Source: Selaginella moellendorffii (taxonomy: Eukaryota > Plantae > Lycopodiophyta). Taken from it: a DNA stretch of 64,000 nt. This document shows, in pieces, positions 1 to 11,898 of this stretch. The notes under the pieces are model-generated. The model saw nothing but the letters and a program-made list of their open reading frames with translations, did no database searches and had not been told where the DNA came from. The stretch lies in NCBI RefSeq assembly GCF_000143415.4, contig NW_003314355.1, positions 577,410 to 641,409 on the forward strand, given 5' to 3'. The position numbers were made by a program, and so were the translations under genes. Every line of letters starts with the position of its first letter. Within the stretch, counting starts at the first letter, position 1.

Positions 1-480
1 TGGTGTTTTTTGGATTGGTGACCTCTATTTCTCAAATGAAAACCTTAGCATCAACAACATATTATTGGTGTTGTTGTGTTGGAAAGACTAAACACCAAGA
101 TTTTATTAGGAAATGAGGAGTCATATTAGTTATGGAGGGATTTTGCGTGAATAAGTCAATGATTTATTCATCTTTCTTTCAAGAGTATCATCAAAGGGTT
201 CATTTAGCATTAGCTCATCCAATGTTTACTTTCTAACCTTGTCTTATAATAAGAGGTTTTCTATTATTTTCTCTATATTAATTGATATAAGCTTGAGTTT
301 ATCTTCTATTAGTCAACCTCTTGCCACATGTAACTATATATATTTGTGTTATGTGGTAGAGTTAATTTTCATTCTTTATGGCAATGGCTGTACATCCTTA
401 TTTTTGGCAAGGATGAAACAAACCTTGTTATATGTGTGCGTAATTTTAAGTTTGAGCTTTAATCATTATGTTGAGCCAAG
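1..480 (+). mobile_element. Decayed Ty3/Gypsy fragment (gag end/aspartic protease region, family A)
   Basis: Aligns by eye with 45640-46030 (+) and the reverse complement of 44100-44500; degenerate ILID(I/T)(S/G) protease-motif region. Confidence 0.7.
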
Positions 481-519
481 CTTTTGACTTCTAGATTGAT
501 TACAGCACAATTATATTAA

Positions 520-810
520 ATGCAAAAAAGAAAATATTAAAAAAACTATAAAGAAAAGGAGATCTAGACAATGTAAAAGCTAGATTTAAACCAAAATCCC
601 AAATCCAAGCACTCCTAAGGGATAATCAAAATTTCACTAATGTGAAGGTATGAAATGTAGAAATGGAATCTAGAAATATGCATATCAATTAGCATAAAAA
701 CCTTATATACATAAGCAAATAGTCCAAATTGAAACTAATCTAATAGCTATCGAAATTAATCCAATAGCTATCAAAATCCATTATATCCATACACTTGGAC
801 TTCACAACCA
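520..810 (-). mobile_element. Family A LTR (~170 bp) plus 5' leader remnant
   Basis: Homologous to 45330-45590 and to the LTR at 29047-29136 (shared GTATGG..ATGG and GGTTTTT..GCTAATTGATATGCATATTTC blocks). Confidence 0.6.
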
Positions 811-1047
811 CAATTTAACACAAAAATATAAATATATATTTAGACATAAAACATAATTTTTTTAAAATCATCAATAATATGATTAAAACCCACTCCATAA
901 TTATAGTTTTTATATTAATCTAAACCTTATTGGTTATAGTTATTAACTAATATAAGTACTTACTTATATGTATATTTCCACTAATATAAAAGTAAGGTTG
1001 AACATACTATTTGCTGAGTAATTCTATTGTTATTATAGACAAATGGA

Positions 1048-3170
1048 TTAGACATTGTCTTGGTAGCATGAATTTCTCTTGATGACGTACTCGATGAAAA
1101 ACACAGCCATTGGCACTGCTGCAATCAATCCCCACACCCCCAGGGCGTGCTCCGCAAAAACCAAGACACCCAATGCTAGAAGAGGATGTAGTTTCAGGTG
1201 AGCTGCGAAAAACAAGAGGAACTTAGACGCTATTTTTATAATTGTTTTTCTACCTGAATATATTGCAGGATTTAGCACGTACGCTTCCAAAGCGTGAATG
1301 AGTATTACCATCAAAACCACCAAGCTCAGTTGTAAGAATCCAGTCCTGATAGAAAATAAAAGGACAAACCCAACGATTAAATGTGTGCGAAGGAAGCAAA
1401 ACACTTACTCCACAAAAGCTACAATTCCAATGGGAACCGTCGAGATTATAACTCCAGCCACGGGTACGAAGGAGCACAAGAACACCAGCAATGAAAGCCA
1501 TCCTACTCCAGATACTCTCAACGCCAGGAGGCCTAAGCTTGTCAAAACTGTGTTTACCAATGCGATGGTGCTCTGTGCCTGTAAAGCTTTTCCAAAAATT
1601 TGCCCGAATGTGGCCACCTGAGGTCATCGTTCAGAGAAATAAAAAAAGAGAAGAAAAAAACAACTCACCACGGGTGCTATCTCCTCATATACAACAGAGA
1701 GCCTAGTTTGTTTCAGCGATTGGATACCTGCTTTTACAGAAGGCGCATCCCAGACAAAGAGGAAGGAAAATATTAAACTAACAAAACTCTGAAGCACGAG
1801 AAACAAGAACAAAAGAAAAGAAAAGAAAAACAAAAAAATTCATTACTTTCTGTGTTAATGCGTTGGAAATGGCTAACCTGCAGTGCGAAACGACTTGTTG
1901 CAGAGATGAGAGTTGCTAGCCAAGCTACCATCGCTCCTGAGTACTCCTTTATCAGCTGCTGAAAAATTATGGACCTTTGAGCGGTGTTACCGGCCATGGA
2001 CTCCTGAACGAGTTGGAAATTTAGTACAGAAACAGGTTCCGTAGAAAGAAACACCTACCCGGACGACGGAGTCTGGCCTCATCACGGCAAGAAGAAATCT
2101 TTCCAGCTGTTGGGAGAGAAACATGGTTAATCAGCTAGCTGACCAAAGCAGACAGTCTCTTTTATTTTATTTTTTTTCGAGTCCGAACTCACTTGATCGG
2201 TCACATTCTCTCCCAAAGCGCTTTTGAGTTTCTCGGATAAAAGGCTGTAGGGGTTCTCGCTTTGCTGCAAGAAGTTGAAAAGCTGGAGAGAAAAAGAATT
2301 AAAGTCTACACTCACCTGAATGCGACCAATGATATTGGCACCTTCCTGGAGCAACCTCGGTATGTACATGATACCAAGTCCCGTTAGCACAGCGATGATC
2401 ACGACATACATGGTCGCGATCAAAAAACGCCTCCTCCCGGGCAAGTACTCTTCTGCCCAGCTTATGAAAGTATTTCCAATCATCGACAGCACAATGGTTC
2501 CCATTATCACCTGAGAGAGAGAGAGAGAAACCAACCAAAGGATCAATACAAAACCAGGAAAGATAAAAGCCATACCCCGACGAAATCTCGTAGTTGGAAG
2601 AGGACCAGTGCCACTGTTGCCCATACACAAACGCGTTTGATCGGCAACCGCCGCAAGTACGGTCCAAAGTTAACGACGAGCAGCGTGTCGGAAGCCCGAA
2701 GGCCACTGTTAGTGATGAGAGCATCGCCGACCTCTCCGATGGGCACCGCGACGCGAGGCCTGCCCGATCCTCGAGGAGAGCCAGCCCAGTGCTTGCTGCT
2801 ATACAAGAGCGTCCCTTTCTTGCGCTTGTCAAGTCCTCTGTGAGAATAGACTGATTTAACGCTACCGTGGTGCTGCTCACAACCAAGGAAAAATAAAGAT
2901 CAGGGAAAAAAATTATTTTGCTTGTCTCAGGCACGAAATGCGAGAGGCCGCAGCGAGCGAGGAGCAATGAATGCAAGAGGAGGCGCCGATCGAGCGAGAA
3001 AAGAGGAGAAAATCCGCGGCTCCAGATTGGGAGGGGGAAATGGAGCAAGAATCGCAGCGATGAGATCATGGCGAGCGGCGTACCTTGGCGAGACGAGCGA
3101 TCCGAGGCGCGGATGAGGATGCGAGCGGCGATCTTTCGCAAGGGCGTATGGGCGTAGAACAAGCGGCCAT
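1048..3170 (-). CDS. AI-2E family (PerM/UPF0118) transporter, multi-exon, probable plastid transit peptide
   Basis: Spliced exons give hydrophobic helices and the motifs QAQSTIALVNTVLT, FLCSFVPVAGVIIS, HALEAYVLNPAIYS and LKLHPLLAL..GVWGLIAAVP. Putative first exon MAACSTPIRPCERSPLASSSAPRIARLAK ends at a GT donor; the 5' exons are less certain. Confidence 0.8.
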
Positions 3171-3396
3171 CCAGCCAGCTGGGGGAGAAAATTAGGGAAG
3201 GAGGGAGGGGAATGCGACATCCAACGGCTGTTATTGGCCACACCAAAACCGACGCTCGAGATTTGCTTCCAGGGTTGTTACATCTAAGCTTTAGAAAATG
3301 CTTCTGCCCTAAAAACAGAGCACTGCATTTACAAATAAGAATGAGTGGATCTATTTGGATCGAATCGATCGAAAGCTCTGCCACAAGAGAAGCTGT

Positions 3397-4399
3397 TTAG
3401 AAGAGAACAAAGACATGGCTATGGGGATCTAGCTTACATTGTGGATCATTGAGGTAACGAATCGAGGACGGGCAAGTTAGAGCGGTACAGAGCGCCAATC
3501 CCTGCAACAACCAAGTGATGAAAGTGTTTGTCTCGAACAAAACAAATCGAAAGATCTTACCCTTTGAATGAGTGTCGATTTCTTTGGCTTGCCACTGTAC
3601 TTGTGACCCGTGATCTTCATCCAGTCCTCCTGAATCTCCTTCCTGGTGAGCACCAGGTGGAGCTTTGGGAGCTTGAGAGGCGGCGGCGGAGGTTCTTCGT
3701 TAGCGAGCCTTTGAGCGACACGCTTGGATCGCTTCGAGGCCTTGCTTGGCACAGCGGCAGCGGGGATCACAGGTGGAGATACACCTCGGTTCCTGCCAAG
3801 CCAAGATAGAAACAAAAGAAAAAAAAAATACTAAAGAACTTTGGAACTTACCGTGTCAAGAACCTGAAGCTCCTCTGATCCGATTGATGCTGCTGCTGCT
3901 GCTGCGGCTGTTCGCTGCTTCTTCTCTGCGTCCGCCGCATTGGAGAAGCCCCCAGCTGCTGTTGCTGATCTTGTTCTTGCTTGGAAGAGCCGTGACACCT
4001 GCGCATTCGACAGTTCCCTTCATCTGGCGGCTTGTGGTAGTCGGGATCATGCTTGGTCCCCATCTTGGTCGTCTTCCCGTTCAATCCTTTCTTGTGCTCT
4101 ACTTGGTGGTGGACTTGCTGCTGCTGCTGTTGTTGTTGGTGGTGGTGTTGGTGGTGGTGGTGGTGGTGATTGTGCTGCTGCTCTTTCTTTGCCATGACCT
4201 TGATACCCCTGCTGCCGAGAAGACCTCCGTCTTCATCAGCATTCCCCCCGGCCGGAGGAGGAGCACTGGCCGCAGCAACATTACTCCCATTCCTTTCCTT
4301 GTCCTCGTCGGGCAGCAGCAGCTCGATTTCGTCACTGCCACTGCCACTGCCACTCGTACCACTGGTAAAGGACGAACAAGACGAGGCATTAGGGCTCAT
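3397..4399 (-). CDS. DUF1639 family protein with polyQ/polyH low-complexity N-terminus
   Basis: C-terminal PKLHLVLTRKEIQEDWMKITGHKYSGKPKK matches the DUF1639 core; introns ~3790-3850 and 3502-3560. Confidence 0.75.
4115..4180. repeat. (CAG/CAA)n-(CAC)n trinucleotide tract encoding polyH/polyQ
   Basis: Directly visible ctg/ttg/gtg runs. Confidence 0.9.
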
Positions 4400-5451
4400 A
4401 GCTGCTAAGTTGGAGACGACGACGAAGGAAAAAAAAAAATCTGATTGTTCTTCATACCTCTTCTTCACCATGCAGCACTTCTTGGCCGGTTGATGACACT
4501 CGCTCTCATTCTCTCGGCGCTTGCGTGCGCTATAACTGCTGCCCCTGCAAAACCACGCAAAGGGAAAAACCCAAATGGTCGGTCAGTCAGCGTCATTGAG
4601 TAGCCCAGCGAACGAACCAACGAAATTTCCAAAGCTCACAGCCTCTCTTTCTTTTTTATTTTTTGCTTCTTGGTCATGCGATGCGATGCGCGAGAGCACG
4701 GACCTGATCAACTCGCGCTGCCACTCCATGAATCGCTCGCTCCTCACCACTGCGCGGCGCGTCGTCCCCGCCTGGAACAAAATCATCCAAATGCGTGCGT
4801 CGTGCTCAAGAATATAGGAAACCGGAAGAAAAAAGGGGGCAATTCCGGGAGAGAGAGCAAGCCAATCAATCAAAGAGAGCGATGGATGGATGGATGCAAG
4901 GATGCCCTGATTGCGAGGAGGGAGAGCGTACCAACTCGACCATAGCCATGCCGTCGGAGCCCCCGAAATCCTTCGATCGATCTCGTCCCGCTGCCGTCTT
5001 GTCCCCCAAATCCGAAATTTCTGCAAGGGGACAAATCCAGGGACTGTGAGAAGGAATCCATCGCGCAATGGCTCTCGATCTCTCGCAACACACAGATCTA
5101 CATTCTCACTCCACCATTTCTTGGCCGAAAAAAACCCCCTACCTCTCTCGATCTTCCCCTCCGCCGCGGCCGCCTTCAATCCAATTCCATTGCCGCGACA
5201 AGATTCATTCCCGGATCGGCGCCAAGGAATTCTTCCGAATGGATCGATGATCGCCCCGGCGCCACTGTTCCTAGCGATTAGGTCCCAATCGCTCCAGTTT
5301 GCCAGTCCTCCCTTCTCTCCTCTCCTCCTTTCTTGCTCTTTTTGTTCTTTCTTTTCATAATAAGGCAGCAAACATTCTACTACTACCGTATACTGTCGCC
5401 GGAATATGCGGTAACGGGACGTGGGATATTCTGTTAGCGTGTCAAACACTC

Positions 5452-7151
5452 ATGGGCTGTGGTGTGTGGCTGCCCAGGAAGGGCAGGCATTGCGGCGGCT
5501 CGGCGCTGCCAGGATCCAAGTAAGAAATCTAGCGCTGCTTCTCACAATCTCTCCTCATCGATCGGTCGTCTCCAGCTACTGCGGGAATCATCAGCCGTCG
5601 CAATCCAGGGTTCCATGCCCGATCGATCCCTCACAGTAAGCCCTCCCATTCTTGCGCTTGTTGATTCATGGATTTCCTCGCTCCGCAGCACGGTTCTAGA
5701 GCACAAGATCGCCGCGCATCTGCGCAAATGCCCCGCTGCCAAGCTCGAGCGCGATGCCAAGAATCGCCCCTATTTCAGTCCTGGCGTCAATGCTGGAAGC
5801 GATTGCGATTGCGAGGAGGAAGGGAAGGACAGTGTGGAATCTGGCAGCAGGAGAGCGGCGATCGAGTCGCTACCAAAGGACAAATTCGAGGAGCTCGTGA
5901 TGAAGATCGAGGTTGCTCACAGCAGCTGCTTTAGATCGGAGAGAGGGACTGGCGTGTCGCTACTCCAGGAAAGCTTTGCGACGCCATCAGCCTGTGCAAA
6001 GTGGCTGTGCTCGAACGTCGACAGGTATCTTTCTCTCATTCGCTTTCATGAATTTCTTTTTCGCTTGCTTCGCTGGTTTTACACAACAGGAGGCACCCTA
6101 TGCAGGAAAAGCATATCTCTCAGCAAGCTTCGATGCTTGGAAACTTGGAAGAGATCGGCTTGCTCAGGCGAAGAAATGACGAAGGTTTTGGCGATACTGA
6201 TCGTGGAAGGAATGAGGAGTGCTTTATCGAGTTTGGTGCCGGAAGAGGATACTTGTCACACATGCTCTCCGATTGCTATGCTGCGGACAACATCATCTTG
6301 GTCGAACGGAGATCTTACAAATTCAAGGTACGAAAATGAATTCACGGAGTTCTCGGATTTCTCACTCGGTGGTGGTAACATCGCAGGCCGATCGAACTCT
6401 TCGCTACGCAGCTGGCGTGTCTTTGTCGCGGCTTAGAGTAGACAGTAAGTCTATTTTCTACTTTTTTGTTGCGGTGGCGATGAAAATTCACACTACTCTA
6501 TGGCCGCAGTTGAAGATCTTAAGCTGGATGCTGTGGACGCTCTCCAGGGCTGCAAGAAGGTTGTGGCCGTAGGGAAGCACCTTTGTGGAGCGGCGACAGG
6601 TACTCTATCAGTTTGTGGCAAATTTTTACAAGTTTCCTATCCAGATATGGCACTTCGATGTTGTTCACAATCAAGCGTGGTTTTTGGAATTGGTTTTGCG
6701 ACGTGCTGCCATCATCTTTGCCAGTGGAAGGCGTATGTGAGTAAGTGCTTGAGATTGATATGATCATGGCGTGGCTGGATTCTGATTCTAGCTTGTGAAT
6801 GTGGGTGACAGACAAAGAGTTTTTTCAAAGCATGGGGCTTACAAAGACCGATTTTGAGGCTGTGGTTTGGATGACAAGCTGGGCATTGAGTGGAAACTGC
6901 GATGAGTGAGTTGTCGCCATTGGGATCTTCTTTTCTCTGTTGTTAATGTTTTTATTCTCGTTTGTGCCAGGAAGGCGGAGTTGGGAATGAAGTGCAAGGA
7001 GCTTCTTGACATGGGCAGGCTCTTGTGGCTGCAAAGGACAGGGATGAGTACGAAGATGGTAAAGTATATTTCTCCTCAAGTATCTCCGGAGAACAAGTTC
7101 CTCATGGCCACGAAAAGATCCAACGAGCTTGAAGTTTCAAGTATTGTCTAG
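5452..7151 (+). CDS. TRM13: tRNA:m4X 2'-O-methyltransferase TRM13, multi-exon
   Basis: N-terminal CCCH finger (CGVWLPRKGRHC..YCGNH), CHHC finger (RVPCPIDPSH..HLRKC), EFGAGRGYLS, KHLCGAATD, ATCCHH, SPENK motifs. Confidence 0.9.
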
Positions 7152-7367
7152 CAGCTTTATGTGAATCATCCTCACTGCGTTGTTTGGGGCTGTGAAGAGA
7201 AGCTTGGTTCCTCCCCACAGCTCGAAGCACTAAGTTTCCAGCAAGTTGCTTAGTCTATATCTCTGTTGAAACGACGTGTTTCTCTCTCTGTTCCAGCTCG
7301 AAGGTTCTCAAAGAGCAATTTATTCAAGTACTTGATCAAGTACCTTATTCACTACTAAAGAACCTGT

Positions 7368-8122
7368 TTAGAATTTGATCTTGTTATCCTTGATGAGTTT
7401 CTGAATGATGTTTGCGTTTTCCAGGTTCAGATCCGGTGCTAAAATCGCCGACTGCACCGTGGGATGATTCTCGATTGCATCCAGCCAGAGAGCCATCCGA
7501 GGACAGGTCCGAGCGTCCGGGAACTCGAACTTCCCGAGCGTTTCGAAGGTGACCTTCCACGACGCAATGGGAGCCAAGGCCAAGTCCGCTAAGCTCAGCT
7601 TGTCGCCAAACACAAACGGCTTCCCATACTCGGGCTTGCTCCATTCGCTGTCCATCAAACGGATCATCTCCAGCACTTGATCTCGAGCTTTCAGCTGCTC
7701 GTCTCCGACTCGCTTCATGATCAGCAATCCAGTCTCCCAAAACTGGCGAAGACGGTGTTGGGTGATCTGGAAGAAGCTAATCAAAACTTAAGAAAACTTA
7801 CTTTGGTGATGACGAAGTTCGACCAGAAGCGAGCCAACGCCCGCTGGTAGCCATCGCCAGGGAGGAGCTGAGTGCCCTGCGCCTTCCAAGTCTCCTCGAC
7901 GTACTCGAGAATGACGAGCGACTCCCAGATGGGCTTGGCGCGGTGGAGGAGAACGGGCACCTGTTTGGTCACGGGATTCACCTTGACGAGCAATTCGCTC
8001 TTGCCGCTGGCCCGGTAGTTCTCCTCCACCGTAGCAAACTCCACGCCCTTCTCGATCAGCGCCATCTTCACGCTCATAGCAAACGGACTCGCCGGCAGTG
8101 AGAGGAGAGTCACCTCCGCCAT
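7368..8122 (-). CDS. Glutathione S-transferase, tau class (2 exons)
   Basis: SPFAMSVKMALIEKGV, NPVTKQVPVLLH, ESLVILEYVEETW, YQRALARFW, FGDKLSLADL; single intron ~7743-7802. Confidence 0.9.
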
Positions 8123-8497
8123 AGCTCGAGCTCCAGGGGTCAAAGAGCGAAATAGCAGCCAGCTAAATGCCAAGGATACCAAGTAAGCAGAATATGCTAA
8201 TCAAAAACATCTTGCCAACTAACAGATCTTAGTATGGCGCCAACTAACAGAATATGCCAGCTAAAAAAAAATGCGCATTAATCTAACAGAATATGCTGTG
8301 TAAAGAGTCACCTCCGCCATAGCTCGAGCTCCAGGGGTCAAAGAGCGAAATAGCCGCCAGCAAAATGCCAAGTATACGTACCCCAAGTAAGCAGAATATG
8401 CTAATCAAAAACAGATATTCTTATATGGCACCAACTAACAGAATATGCCAGCTAAAAAAATATGCGCATTAACCTAACAGAATATGCTGTGTAAAGA
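8106..8497. repeat. ~198-bp tandem duplication of the GST start/promoter containing six GAATATGC (P1BS-type) boxes
   Basis: Copies start at 8106 and 8304; GAATATGC at 8190, 8250, 8289, 8394, 8441 and 8480. Confidence 0.9.
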
Positions 8498-8559
8498 TTA
8501 TTCTTGGTTAAACCCTAGGTATAAAGCTAGGGCCTTTGTTGCCCAGCCCAGGCGCAGGG

Positions 8560-9953
8560 ATGGATGCCCTAAGCGTTCTCCGCGACTACACGGCGCGCAA
8601 GGAGCTGGGCAATGTCCACCGCGTGGGCGACGAGTTCCGCTTCGGCAATGACTACAGGTTCCCGTGCAGCACCGAGACGGGCTACCGCTCCAAGCTCGGC
8701 TTCTTCTACACGCTCGACTCGCTCGTCTTCTTCGTCAAGAGCAGCAACCTCAAGCACACCGAGTACATGCAGCAGGCGCGAGCTCTCAAGCTCCAGATCG
8801 TCACCTACACCGACAAGAAGCCGCTGCTCGACTACCTCGAAGGCAAGGTCTCCACCAGTGATGCCATCGAGCTCTTGCCGCCGGTCGCCTCGTCGGCGGC
8901 GTCGCTGGACAAGCTCTCCCCGGGCGATCTCGCTGCCGCGGACGAGGCCGGGGCTCTCCACCCGAGCAAGCGGCCCCGGAGCGACCAAGACCAGCCTGTG
9001 GATGCCTGCCTCCTCATCGAGCTGGTGAGGAGCCTGGAGCGTCCCGTGCGTGATCGCGAGACCATCCTCCTCTGTCCCAACAAGAGCTTCGAGGGGATCC
9101 TCTCCACCTTGGGACGCCGGGAGCGCATCGAGCAGCAGTCCCAGCAGCAGTCACAGCAGCAATCCCAGAACTCGCAGAGGAGAGAGCCACAATCTTCTTC
9201 CACGGATAAGTTCGTCAAAGTGGAGCCGGATCTCAAGTCTGCCGCTGCTCCTTCCATGGAGAAGCGACCCCCGCCACCACCACCATCTTCCCAGCAAACT
9301 CTGGCGAGATCGTCGAGCAAGGCCAAGATCGAAGGACCACCTATCATCCTCGTTCCAAATGCCTCGCAGACGCTGCTCAACACCTTCAACGCCAAGGAGT
9401 TCCTGGAAGATGGTGTCTACGTCCTGGCCGATGCCAAAAAGTCCGCCGCTGCCAAGAAGCCCGAGACGCTTCCCATCTACCGGAAGATCGGCCGGGAGAT
9501 CCCAGTCAAGTACGAGGTGAGAGACAGGCCGTCGGCTCTCTCCTCCAAGGACTGGGAACGAGTCGTTGCTGTCTTCGTTCTCGGCAAGGAGTGGCAATTC
9601 AAGGACTGGCCGTTCAAGGACCACGTCGAGATCTTCAACAAGAGTGAGTGCCGTGCTTTCGTTGTTCGCAACTTCGCAGCTGAAAACCTGTTTGTGGCAG
9701 TTTTGGGAGTGTACCTGAGATTCGAGGACGACAGCATGGAATCGGTTAAAGTCGTGATGCAATGGAATGTCAAGATCATCTCGGTAAATGAAGATAAAAA
9801 GAATCGCGAGAAAAACGAATGCCTTCTTACTCTTCTTTGTTTGCTAAACAGCTGAGCAAGCACAAGAGGCACCAGGACCGCACGGCAGTTCTCGAGTTTT
9901 GGGATAAACTCGATGCCTTTGTGCGAGCCCGGAGGCTGCCTATTGTCTTTTGA
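8560..9953 (+). CDS. CDC73: Paf1 complex subunit CDC73/parafibromin (PHP)
   Basis: MDALSVLRDY.., PIILVPNASQTLL, DWERVVAVFVLGKEWQFKDWP, LSKHKRHQDRTAVLEFWDKLD; two short introns. Confidence 0.92.
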
Positions 9954-9961
9954 GATGATGG

Positions 9962-10696
9962 TCACTCCTGCCGCTCTAGTTCTGCCATCCGCTCGATTAT
10001 TGCCTGGAACAAACTCATGAATCCAAGGAACAAAGACGAGAACATACGACGGCATACCTTTTTGCTGGTTTCTTGTAACTCGCCAGCAAGAATGAACTCG
10101 TCGAGGATCAAGTAAACCTGTAAACGAAACCAGCAGGCGCTGAGTGCTTGCAACACCAGACCGGGAGAATAAAAAAGCAAGGAAAGAAACTGGCCTTGTG
10201 GAAGTTGAAAACCAGATCTAGCTCGCAAACGTTGCTGAAGAAATGGTCTAGGATCTCCACAAAGAGGTGGATGCTCTCGAGGTAGGCCAGCTCGTTATCC
10301 GTGATATCCACACACATTGAGAAGAAGAGCCCGGCGTAGCGTCGATAGATCACCTTGTGTGTGCGAAACTGGAAGAGAGAACAAACAAAAACTCCGTGTA
10401 AACCAAAGAAAAGAAGCAAACCAAAGAGACCAACCTCTACGAAATTCGTGAACTTTGGATCGCGATTGACAACGAGCCTGTGCACCTGCGATGCGAGAAA
10501 TTCCACTCCAACACTCGAATCTGGGAGCGATTTACCTCATACTGGAGCTTTTGCTTCTCGGAGTCTTCGAGCGGGACATAGTACTTGGCGAGACGAGTCT
10601 TCCCCTGGCGATTTTGCAAGAGGATGAATCTAATCTGCGCATCCAACACGGCGATCGATGTCTCGGCACGGATCCAAGCGAAAATCCACTCACCAT
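9962..10696 (-). CDS. AP2S: AP-2 adaptor complex sigma subunit
   Basis: M|[52 protein letters not shown]; first exon is ATG only; one GC-AG intron. Confidence 0.93.
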
Positions 10697-10795
10697 TTCG
10701 TCCAGGCGCGCGCCAATCCTCTTGGTCGTCTTGCTCTTCTTGGCTAGGGTTAAAGAGAGGAAGATTTAGGGTTCTCATCTAACAAGGGAGGGAAG

Positions 10796-11786
10796 ATGAT
10801 GATGAGCGATGGAGCCCGGTGGCGATCGTCCGACAACACCGTGGTCGATGCGCTTCCCTACGTCGACCACGAGTACGCGGATCCGCAGCTCAAGCGGGAG
10901 GTGGAGCGCCTGATAGACGAGGAGATGAGCCGGAGCAGCAAGCGCCCCGTGGATTTCTTGCAGGATTTGCCGCCATTGCCGAGCTCCAATCTCCTCCAGG
11001 CAAGAAATAATCTCGCATTTCTCCACGCATTTCTTACACTCGCCCTCTCTGTTTGATTCTGGTCAGGAAGGGCCTCTGGTCGCCAAGGCATTGGAGCGTC
11101 TCCGAGCAGGAAGGCCGCCGCTGGCCCTGGATTTGTCACGCTATGGCGTCCAAGCTCCTCCCGTTGGCAAGCGAAACGATCTCTACGAATGGAACGACTA
11201 CCTCCGCAAGGCCAAAGTCCAGCTCGAGTATCAAACCATGAGGTAGTGTAAGAACTCTCTCGTTTTTGTCGAAGTAGCTCTTGATTCCTCTCTTCCAGGA
11301 TTGAAAACTTGGAGCTTATGCTCCAGTACAGTGGAAATACCTGGCGTGCTCACAACCAGCGCTTGGAAGCTTACTTCTCCAAGTAAAGTCCGACTCCCTC
11401 CTCGTTTGGTTTTTCACATTTCTTGTTTGCTGCCTGCCAGGCTGCAGTCGATAGCACGGGCATTCTCTCAACAGATCGAATCACTGAATCGCGATCGTAA
11501 GCTGAATCAGGTCTGCCAACTTACAATGCAAGTGCCGTGACTGACCCAAGAGTTTCTTTCTCCAGCAAGCGGCCGCGACTGTTCTCACTCATCTGAGATC
11601 ACAGTGGGTGGAGATCTGCCAAAAGAACAACGACATCGACGCGGCTTGCACGGAGCTCGAGGCCGAGATCGAAAGCTTGCACGAGCAAGCGTCTCAGAGG
11701 TACAGTTCCTGGAGCAAAGTTTCAAAGCAGTGACAGTGTGCTTTCTCCCTCTCAGGGGCATAGACGTGACACCTTTCCAGCTCTAG
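10796..11786 (+). CDS. MOS4: Pre-mRNA splicing factor SPF27/BCAS2 (MOS4 homolog)
   Basis: VVDALPYVDHEY..VERLIDEEM, RIENLELMLQY..W..HNQRLE, IESLNRDRKLNQ; multi-exon. Confidence 0.88.
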
Positions 11787-11898
11787 TGAGTGCTCAAACG
11801 ACGTAGTAGTAGTAATCTTTTTGCGAGAAAACTGGAAAGAAGAAACCAAACGAGGAGGAAGTTCGTCCCAAAGACTTGTCCCCCATCGCAGTACATCA

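Noticed and set aside
2299-3384. 361-aa minus-strand ORF
   Set aside because: Runs out of frame across introns of the AI-2E gene; no coherent domain
4583-5449. 288-aa ORF
   Set aside because: Non-ATG start, spans promoter and microsatellite-like sequence, no recognisable domain
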